DNA of 64,000 nt from Felis catus (taxonomy: Eukaryota): assembly GCF_018350175.1 (NCBI RefSeq), contig NC_058375.1, forward strand, positions 1,116,001 through 1,180,000, in the 5' to 3' direction. A model generated the notes under the pieces. It had not been told where the DNA came from. It worked only from the letters and a program-made list of their open reading frames with translations, and did not search any database. Positions 1 to 10,560 of this stretch are shown here, one piece after another; positions within the stretch are counted from its first letter, which is position 1, and each line of letters starts with the position of its first letter. The translations under genes were made by a program, and so were the position numbers.

Positions 1-256
1 CAGCTCCGCCAAGGACCTGAGCTCCCCGGGCGTGCACGCCCCGCCCGCCGCGCCCGCCGCCCCCGAGGCCGCCGCCCCCGCGGACACCGCGAGCGGCGGG
101 CTGGAGGCAGAGCTCGAGCACCTGNNNNNNNNNNNNNNNNNNNNNNNNNNNNNNNNNNNNNNNNNNNNNNNNNNNNNNNNNNNNNNNNNNNNNNNNNNNN
201 NNNNNNNNNNNNNNNNNNNNNNNNNNNNNNNNNNNNNNNNNNNNNNNNNNNNNNNN
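1..256 (+). CDS. SKI: SKI exon 5, partial (starts before window; 3' part in N gap, end inferred)
   Basis: Frame from nt 2 reads SSAKDLSSPGVHAPPAAPAAPEAAAPADTASGGLEAELEHL, matching recalled SKI ...GLEAELEHL. The 44 codons expected after EHL (132 nt) fit inside the 148-nt gap. Confidence 0.85.
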
Positions 257-272
257 NNNNNNNNNNNNNNNN
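125..272. other. Assembly gap (148 N) inside SKI exon 5 / intron 5
   Basis: N run. Confidence 0.99.
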
Positions 273-731
273 CCCCGCCGTCCCCTCGCAGAGCCGGCCT
301 GTCGCTCGGGGCGCCGGGGAGGAGCGGGGGCTTGGCCTGCCGCCCGAGGCTCGTTCCCTAAAGCCCCGTGTCGTCGGAGAGGGAACGAGCGAGCGGGCGG
401 GACCGGCTGGCTCCAGGCACGCTGGATTCTAGATGATTCCACTCAAGTGACTGCTTCCTGTCCGAGAAGGCGCTTGGGGCCTAGGGTGTCTGGGTCCCGC
501 CTCCGTAGGGGCGGGCGGGGCCTCCGCCCCGACTCTGCGGCCTCGCCCGGCGCACTCGGGATCGCGAGTTCACACCTCTGCGGTGGTGGTGGCGTCTGGC
601 AGCTTCACACGTGGGCTCTAGCACAGCACGGGCCTGCCGGTCCCCGGGGCGCCGGGTCCCAGACGTCTCTCCTGAGCGTGTGTCAGGCGCTCGCTCAGAA
701 CGCCCCTTCCCTGGTCTTGCTGGAGGCGTGA

Positions 732-1295
<564 letters not shown>

Positions 1296-2002
1296 TGACA
1301 GATGGGGAGACGGGCTTGCGGGGCCCGGGGCCGGACCGTCGGCGAGGCCGCGGGGCCCCACCTCCAGACTCGGCCGCGTGGCAGGCGCTGTGCTGGCATC
1401 TTGGGGTCCTTTCTCACCTCGAGGGGTCCACCACAAGCTTAGGGGACCACGGGGGACCGGCAGGCTCTCCTGGGCTTTGGGAGTCGGTCCCCCGCAGGGA
1501 GGTGTCCTCTGGCTGTGCCCTCTTCCCTCCCGACCACGCCCCTCTTTGGTGGTTTCCCTTGAGAAACCGGCTCTGAGCCGGCCCCCCCGGCGGTGCAGAG
1601 GAGCCCCAGGCAGCCCCAGCCTCACCCCACACAGCTTTAAACGCCTCAGCACGTCCGGATGGGCCGTCCTGCCCGGCCAGGGATCGGGTGCGGGGCGGTG
1701 GGCATGGCAGCCCCTCCTCCCCTTGCCTCACCGGTGCTGGGAGGGTCTGGTCTGGGCTTTGGAGGGAAACTGGCCTCAGGATGTCGAGGGCGCCCCGAGG
1801 CAGCTGCTGGGGGGAGGGGGGAGCGGGGGGTGGGGGGGAGGGGGCCGGTAGATCCCACCCGCCAGCGGCTCGGCACACCCGTCTGGACTCGGGTCACGGT
1901 GCCCCCGGAGAGGCCCTCCCGGGCCCCGGCTGCCGCCTCCCTCGCTCAGCGGCACGCGTCCCACGCAGGGGAAGGAGGGCGGCTGGCGCGGCCGGGTGCT
2001 GA

Positions 2003-2215
<213 letters not shown>

Positions 2216-5200
2216 CGGAGCCCGCGGTCGGCCGGGTGCGGACGCCGCGGGGGCGGGCGGCCCCCCCCCCCCCACCGCCCCGCCAGCCGGGGGTCTCTGC
2301 GCCTGCGCGCCGGCGGCCCGCCCCCGCGTCCACATAGCACAACGTCTTACTGTGCCTATAACCAAGCGAGCGTTTGGAACCACATACTTTTGGAATCCAC
2401 TGCAAAATTTTCTACTGGCCAAGTTCGAGTGTGCAAGCCGGGTTCCCAGCGGAGCCGGGGCCGAGGCTCCGTGCCCGCCGCGGTCCTTCTGCTTGCCGGG
2501 ACGTCCTACCATTTACATTTTTGTTATAAGCTATTTAAAACCCACGAGAAGACTTGATACTCCGAAAAATCAACAGGTTTTTTAATGACTAACTTTTCAA
2601 AGCCCCACCGACACGTGACGCCATCTGAGGACCTGCTAAGGGAGCCGGGGCGCCGCCCCGCAAAGCCATCTCAGCTCGTCCGCGCCCGCGCGAGGACGGG
2701 GAGGGTTTTCTCCAGAGTCTATTTTTTCAGCGACAAGGACCCAGGCCGCCCGTGCCGGCCGCCGGCGCCCCGAGCCGGAACACTGCCGCCTTCCGCCTGC
2801 CCGGGCGCCGCTCACCTCCGCCACCCTCCCCCGGCCGCCCCTGTCGCGTCGGGACTGAGGCCGCAGCGTCGGAACAAAAACAGCATTACTTCACTTTTTT
2901 TTTTTCTTTTTGTTTGTTCATTTAAACGTATATTTAGAACTGCACTTTGTCAAAACTCTTCCCTTCTCTTTTTATTCCCCAGTTAACTGAGGTTTTTACT
3001 TTTCAAATACTGCAGACCCATTTATAGAGCAGTCCACATCCTAAGTGCTCGAGTGTTTAGAAACCCCCTCTGGTGCTCGGTTGAACAAGGGAATCACAAA
3101 ACGGAAATGCAAAAGCTGAACTTCGGGGGGTAGTTCTGTGCCTTCCAGCATCTTGTACAGCAAATCCTGACTCGTCTTTTTACCCCCGAGACACCTGTCT
3201 TCAGTCGCGATCGAATCTGCCACTATCAGAATAAGTTACTTGCATTTATTCCAGATAATCTCGTTTACTCTCAACTGTTCATGCAAATTGTATAAGGTTT
3301 TTTATGCCCAAGCTTGAAAAATGATTTCCCAGTAGACAAGAGGCGGCTACCCATCCTGAAATTACGGTATTTATTTACGTGAGAAAGATCTTAGCCAGGA
3401 TTCTTCGCTCGACCCCGTTCTAACGCCGAGGCAGCTGCCAGTGCGCACGGAGGTGGGGACCGCTGGCTGGCGCAGGTGCAGACGCCGCCCGCCGCCGTGA
3501 CCAGCAGAGGCTTGGTGACCGTGTCATCTGCAGGGTTCCTGCCCGTGGTTTACCGGGGGGGAGGGGGGAGGGGCGCGGGTGCTGCTGGACCCCCCTTCTA
3601 AAGTGCAATGCAAAAGGGACATCATATATATGCAGCGTTTGTTTGGATTTTTTTTTTTTTTTTTTGCTTTGGTTTTTCTTTTGCAGTTATGAAATCTGTA
3701 TGCATGGAATGTTAAACCTCTGCCATATGTATACCCATCGATGGGCATTATTACCGGGCCCTGTGAGGGGCCGGCTGTGCTACACAACACGCAGAATGCT
3801 GTGTTCAGCCTCGTGTTTCCGGAGTTGTGTTTTTTCAGTCATTTCTTCAAGGGAAACGAAATGATTTAGCTGGAGCAGACCTTTAAGTGTGCTTCTGTGT
3901 GACTGTGCTCTGTTGCCGAGTCTGAAAGTCGTGAGAGATCAAAGGGCCCGTGGGCCTGTCGCCCGGGCCGTCCGTTTGCTTTTCGGTTTTTTAGGCCCCA
4001 GCGGGCGATGAGCTTCTCTAAGTTCTGTGCAGGCACCTTCCCCGCCCTCCCCGCCCCCACCCTTGCCCTCGCAGTGCCCACCTCCGGTCACCGTCTAGGC
4101 CGTTGGGTCCACGACCCCACTTGCCAGCTTTGCCCCAGGACGTTGGGAAAAGCTGGCCAGGCCACGGCAGCTCGCACCCCCCCCCACCCCCACCCCCAGG
4201 CCCGCCCCTCTGTCCCTGTCTGAGGCTCCTGCGGCCTCGCCAGAGCTGGTGCGGCGGGGACCGGCTGTCACGGGCTCCCTGGTCACCAGCAGCTTGAGCC
4301 TTCCCGGGCGGCTCCCGGGGGCAGCTGGGGGGCATAGGCTTGTTCCGGCCGCTTCCATCCTCGGGGGTGGGGGGTGGGGGGTGGGGGGGCCGGGCCGAGG
4401 GTTCGCGCAGCCGCAGAAGGGAGAAGGGGGGTCTTGTAGGCTGTTGGCTCTCCCTGTGTGTAATACCCATTACCCGAGTGACTGTGCACCCGTTTAATTA
4501 CTCATTATTTCTATGCTGAAAGAGGATTTTTAACGAAGGGAAAAACAGCAATAACATTCATATCTTTGGAGCAGCTAACTCACACACATAATACCTTCTT
4601 TTCGTACAGAACGAGCCCCGTGTAAAAACAGTCCCCGTGTAAATACCTGTCCTCTACACTGTCGTATCTCCCGCGTATACGGTGGTTCCTTTTTCAGAAA
4701 CTCTTTTCTTACCTGGTAGTTGTCCTGTTTTCTGGGTTGTTTTTAACTGAGGAAGAACAGAGCTCACCTGCCGGAGGGGACGGACCCTCTGCCAGTCCCC
4801 GCAGCACCCTGCGGGCTCCGTCCTGCCCGCCCCTGCCCGCCCACCGCGTCCACCAGGCTCGAGAGGCCGTCTTGTTCTTGCTTTAAGTCAGGAGTCACAA
4901 GCGACATTTTTTTTCAATTAAGGAAAAAAACCACAGCTCTACCTTCGTACCTGCCGGGAGCGTCTGCATCGCCGTCCGCGTTTTCTCCTCTGCTGCTGCT
5001 AATGACAACATGGTGACTTACTCTACTATCGAAAACTATTTTTATGTAATTAATGTATGCTTTCTTGTTTATAAATGCCTGATTTAAAAAGAAAAAAGAA
5101 AAAGCTTGGCATATTTATCTACTTCGCTGTGTACCCGTTAGTCCTTTGGCGCCCCTCCCCCAGACAGAAGACATTGTACAATAAAGGACTTTGAGCGTAT
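2216..5200 (+). other. SKI: SKI 3'UTR (~3 kb)
   Basis: Runs from the stop codon to the first canonical AATAAA I found (5180); AU-rich blocks alternate with GC-rich blocks. Confidence 0.8.
5180..5185 (+). terminator. SKI: SKI polyadenylation signal AATAAA
   Basis: ttgtacAATAAAgg at the end of an AU-rich block, with upstream TGTA motifs (~5130, 5175). Confidence 0.8.
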
Positions 5201-8200
5201 GCGGAGGACAGCCATGCTTGGGCCACCCCACCCGCCCCCGGCCACCACCGGGGCCTGAGCCCGGGGAGGGGAAGTGGGTGTCTGCCCGTCAGACCGCGGG
5301 GGTCCTTCGGTGTCCGCTGACCCCGAGTGGCGTGGGGCGCGGGTGGGCGGCGGGGGTGCGGTCTGACTCTCTAGGCCCCCCCCCCCCACCAGCCGGCTCT
5401 CTGCACCGTGGACCTCAGCTGGAGGGGACCCAGCCTGGGGTCCCCTCAGCGTGGATGGCCGGCTCCCCACAGGTGGCCCCAGCCTGCTGTCCCGAGGGAG
5501 CAGCAGAGGGACTCCGCTGTGCTGGGCCCGCGGGCGCTGGGCTGCCACCTCAGCCCCTCGTGGGTCACGTGGAGGTCATTTTGCCTCGAGGGACGCCCGG
5601 GTCCCAGCCCCCCTGGTGCCTCCGCAGCCCCAACGGTCCCGGGAGTCCCCCGGGGAGGGGTGCAGGGCAGGCCGCAGTATGGGCGGCCCAGAAAAGCCCA
5701 CTCTTCCTCGGGGCCAGGCTTCTGTCCAGCCTCGCCTCTGTCGGTCACTCGCCGGGCTCCCCAACGCCAAGATCCCTGCCCCTCGTAGGGTGCCACCTAG
5801 GGTCTGCGAGAGAGGCTGGGCTGGGCGCAGGTCAGGAAGGAGGGCTGTGAGCTGGGCCCCGAGCCACAGCCCCCCACCGCTGCCCCCTCCTGCTGCGCAT
5901 CGGGCCCCGGGGCCCTGCCTGGGGTCCTGGGCCCCGAGGTGTGGACGGCAGACCTGACCTCAGTGGGACTCTGCCGAGGGCCACACTGCACACCCTCTGG
6001 AGCCCACCCCTGTTCACCGCTGCCCCCTCCCTTGCCTGGGTGTCCCCCGGGCCTGGCTCCCCGCTCCTCTGGGGGGGGCCCTCCCGCTGAGCTGCGTGTC
6101 CCCGCCTGGGCAGGGCTGGGCACCCGTCCAGCTCTCTCCGTTAGGGGGGCTGTCCCTCACTGTCTTCTGGGGTCTCCTGAGCGGACAGTCGTCCGCTGCG
6201 GTCTGTTGGGCGTCCCCGGGGGCACTGCGAGCAGAGGGCTCCTGCAGCCAAGGCCCTACCGGTGCCCGGTGCCAAACACTCGTCCCTCCCTCCGCCTCAC
6301 GACCAAGCCCACCAGGATGGGCGGCAGGACCTTGGGTGACCTGCCATCGCCATGGGGCATCGATCCCTACCACTGAGTCCCTTCCCTGGGGCCTGCCAGG
6401 TGGGCATCTTGACCTGGGCCCTGTGCCTGGCGAGGGCCTTTCCGCGTCCTTCCCCAGGGCATCTCCCCAGGCCACCGCCCGGGACCCGCAGGCTCTCGGC
6501 CTCCAACCCGCACCCGCCCTGCGAGGGTCCAAATGCTGCCGGAGGCCCTGAATGTGAAAAACGAGGGGAGGGAGGCAGGGGGTGAGAGGCGGTCCTGAAG
6601 GGCTGGAGGCCCCTGGGGGCATGGGGAAGGAGGGCTTCCTGGGGCCGCGGGCCGTGCGCAGGCTTCGAGAGGCAGCTTGTGGCCAATGTGGTGCTTGGTC
6701 CATTCGGGGCTTTGGAGCTGGGCCGGTGGTGGCCTCGGAACATGGGATGCTGGGGGTCACTTTCGGGTATAATTTGACTTTAAAGGGCCCTGTGCACCCC
6801 GATGCGGGGCGGACAGGATAGGGGCTGCCTAGTGTCAACCCCCGTCCCAAAGCCGCTCTTAAGAGGTCACGGTGGGAGAAACCCCCTCCCCGGTATTCCC
6901 AGCAGCCTCCTGCCCCCTTGCACTGCCTCTGGGTCCCCCGGCTCCGGACCGTCCACACCGCCGACATGCCGGCCAGGGGCTCTTCAGGGACCCACGAGGC
7001 TGTCCCAGAGCTTGGCCTCGTTTGTCCAGAGCCCTGGCCTAAGTCTCGGGCCCCTCCCCAGTTGGTGCTGGTTTCCAAGCCCCTCGAGGCCCTGGGGATG
7101 CGGCGAACCCAGGGCAGAGGAGGTGCTCCTGGGAACTGACTCAGGTCCCTAGTTTCTGGGCCTGCCCTGTGGCCCCCCACCCCCAGCTTTCACTTCTGCC
7201 TCTGTCGCCAGCAGCCAGGGCCCCACCCGCGGCCCCTGTGCTCAGCCGTGCCTGCCTGTCTCTGTCTTGGGATCTCCGCCCCTCCTCCAGTCTGTTGGCC
7301 CCTGAGCCACAGTCTGGCCCCCGGGGCCCCACCCCACCACCCTGTGGTCAGGGGGGCTGACCGCAGGCCAAGAACTCGCACCCTTATCTGGGGAGGCGGA
7401 TGCCAGGCGCGCCCTCCGTGGAAAGAGGAAGCCGCCGGCCCATTTACAGTAACAGCTGGTACGGCCTCCTCCCCTGAGCCCCCTGGGGGGAGGACTGCGG
7501 GGTCAGGCCCTGGCGCTGAGTGTGGTCCCCAGCCTCCACCCCACCCCGCCCCGGCTGTGGCCAACAGCCCCCCCTCCCTGGCTCGCCCAGCCTGGAGCCC
7601 GACCCACCTCTGCTCCCCACGACACCCCCTTCCCTGTCTCTCTCTGCCTGTCCTGTCACAGGTCACCCCTTCTTGCTGGCCAGGAAGAGACAGGCTGGCG
7701 GGCCCCTTGGGCAGCTCCGAGAGACAGATCGGGGTCGTTCATGAGGTCCCCAAGGCCCCACACCCACACTCTGCCGGCCAGGGGCCTAGGCACACTCTGG
7801 GTGACCACCGCCCGCAGGAAGGCGGGGATCCTGGAGGAAAACTGGGCAGCTGGCCCACCCTTTTGGAGGGTCCCGAAGGACAGTCTGTGACCTCGGGAAA
7901 GGGTGGGGCTGTGACCCGGCTGTGCTGGCCTCGGCAGGATGTGAAAGCGGGGCCTCGGAGAGGACCCTGACCCTCCCCACAGAAACCCACCGTGCTCTGC
8001 GCCCTCCCGTGTGCCCTGCCCACTGCCAGGCAACCCTGGGAGGGGTGGGGGCAGAACTCTGGGGGCCTGGATGCCTGCCCGCCCCCGCAACCCCTGCCAT
8101 AGCGGTGACGTGAGCCGTGCAGGCCTCACGCCCGCGGCCATCTGTGCCCAGACCTGTGCCAGGGGCCGGGGGCCGCGAGTGCCGGGACTCTCGGCCCTGG

Positions 8201-9479
8201 AGCAGGTGGCCCCTCTGTGGGGGGTGGTAGGGACAGGCAGGTGGAGCCGGCCTGGCTTCTCTTTGGAGTGTCCTGTGCCCGGCAGGCGTCTGTCAGGGCC
8301 GGGGTCGGGCCTTCCTGCTCCATTGCCGGCCCTGGAGCCCTTACCGGCAGGAAGCCTGGCCCAAGCTCTTGCCCAGCCGAGGCCACTCCTGCCACAGAAG
8401 CTGATTTTGCAAACTTCAGGAACAGGGCACCTCGTGAGGGCTGGGGCCCGAGGCCAGGGCTCGGGTCCCCTCCTCATGAGGCCCCTGTCAGGGGACGTCG
8501 GAGTCCGGCGCAAGGCCCAGGCAGGGTGGGAGAGAGGGGAAGGCAGGAGAGGGCCCAGGAGATGGGCCCAGACAGGTGGGGCCGTGTCTGGGTCCTCCGT
8601 GCAACGAAGGTGGGCCCCGAGCACTGCCGTGGCGTCTGCACGCTCGCGCGCGTGGGAGAGCCAGGTCGGCTTGCGCACGAGCCGGCAAGGGACAGGTGCC
8701 ACCACTGCCCTTCCAAGTCTCCCCCCCCCCCCCATGAACTTCCCTTCCCTGTCTCAGCCCCACCCAGGTGGCTGGGTATCCTTGTCCTCCTTTCCTTTTC
8801 CGGGGCTCCCTCCAGCACTGCGGCTGCAGGCATGGGGCAGGGTGGTGAGTTCCCATGGGGTCCAACCCCCCCCCCTCGCCCTTGGTGGAGCTTTGACCTG
8901 GTGGACGTGTGGCCCACACCCCCAACTTCCTGTTTCTAAGAAAAAGCAGTCCCAGAAAAGTCTTTGGTGGCGGAGGGGGGGGGGGGAGTTGGGGGGGGAA
9001 ATCTTTGGAGGCTTCTGGCCAAGGTCTGGGGAGGCGCTGGGAGGGGTTTTATTTTGTTTTGTTCAGAGGCGGGGAGGGGGGACGGGGGGGGGGGGGGGGG
9101 GGGGGGGGGGGGAGGGGGGGACTCGAGGAGAGCTGCGGCGGGTGTGGCCTGGCTGGGCAATCACTGGTCCATCACTGTCCGGCCATCTGCCTTCCCTGGA
9201 CACCTGCTTCCCCAGGCAGGAAGGCAGCGGTCAACTGGGCCAGGGGCCCAGGTCAAGGCTCCTCCGCCCCGGCGTGGCCGCCTTGGGTCTAGTCTCCCCA
9301 GCACCCATGTCAGGATATGGGCCACCCCCCACCCACCATCCTGCAGCTGGCAGTGAGCAGGGTATGCGGGGGGAGGGGGGCTCCCCCAGTCCGAGTTTAC
9401 CCCCTCCCCCCCCAGTCAGATGCAGATTAGGCTCCTCTCCCACACCCCCCACCCCGGGGGAAGGGCCGCCGCAGAGAAT

Positions 9480-10560
9480 CCTCCGTGGAATTAGAAAGCT
9501 GGTTCCAAAACATTCCGAATTCCTGCTCCTTCCGGCCGGGCCGGAAGCGCGCCTGGGGAGGGGCGGGCAGGGGCGGGGGCTGCGTGGTCCCCGGAGGCCA
9601 CGGGGCCGACCCTCCTGGGGCGATCGTGTTGCACGGGTCCGGATGGGCCGAGGACCTGGACTCTCGGAGGCCTCGCAGGCCCCTAGGGGGCAGGGGGCGT
9701 CGCCCGCGACCGAGTCCGCGCGAGCCCCCCCCTTCCGGGGGGCCAGTAGGTCCCCACTTCCGCCGAGTCACCTTCTGGGGTCTGGCACGAGGTGGGATGG
9801 GGGGCGAGGGCCGACACCGGGGGTCCTGCGGCCCTCGCCCCGCGGCCTCGGTTTCCTATCATGCGTCTGACGGAAACCCGCCACTGCGCCCCGCGGGGCC
9901 GCCCCGCCGCCCGGTTTCACTTCCCCCGCCCGCCTCCCGGCGTCGCGTCCCAATTCCGTTCGCAGCCTGGGTCCCGGGCGCCCCCGCAGGACCCGCGCAG
10001 CCGGGGCGCAGGAGCGAGCTGGGGTTCCCCGAGCTCCCGGGGGCGCGCGCAGGAAGTGCCCCCCGCGGGCCGGGCGCGGTTAGCCCTTCCGGTCCCCGCT
10101 CGGGTTGGGGGGGGGGGCGGCCCGGGCAGGCGGGGGACCGGGGGGGGGTCCCCGCTCCGAGCCCGGCGGGCGGGGCGCGGGCCCGTCCACGTGTCGGGAG
10201 GCCGAGCCGGGCGGCGGCCCCCGGCGGCGGAGGCGGGAACTGCAGCCCCGGCCGGGCGCGGGGAGGGCGCGTGTGCGCCGGGGACGGGGATCCGCCCTCC
10301 CGGGAGGGCGCCCGCTCGGCCACCCCTCCCGCCTGTGCGGGAGCCCGAGGGAGACCCGGTCCTTTAAGCGCCCCCTCCTCCGCCCCGCACCTGGCGAGGA
10401 GCGTTCCCGCTGGTGGAAGAGCCCCCTTGCCCCCCCACACCTCTGCCCCTTCCCGGGGCTCCGTAGAGGCCCTGGGCCCTGTCCCCGCTGGTGGTCCGCA
10501 CGCGGGCCCCGAGTCACCGCTGGGGGACGCACCACCTGGGTCCAGTGGCTCTCTCTGTGC
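9480..10560. promoter_or_regulatory. Intergenic CpG island with GC boxes and ETS motifs (promoter- or enhancer-like)
   Basis: Very dense CpG; ETS cores at 9529-9547 (inverted pair), 9755-9762 and ~10050; GGTTTCACTTCC at 9913-9924. Confidence 0.7.

Noticed and set aside
8011-9870. 619-aa ORF and the many other 150-400-aa G/P/R/A-rich ORFs
   Set aside because: Stop codons are rare at this GC content; ORFs overlap in all six frames, often start at non-ATG codons, and show no recognisable domain.
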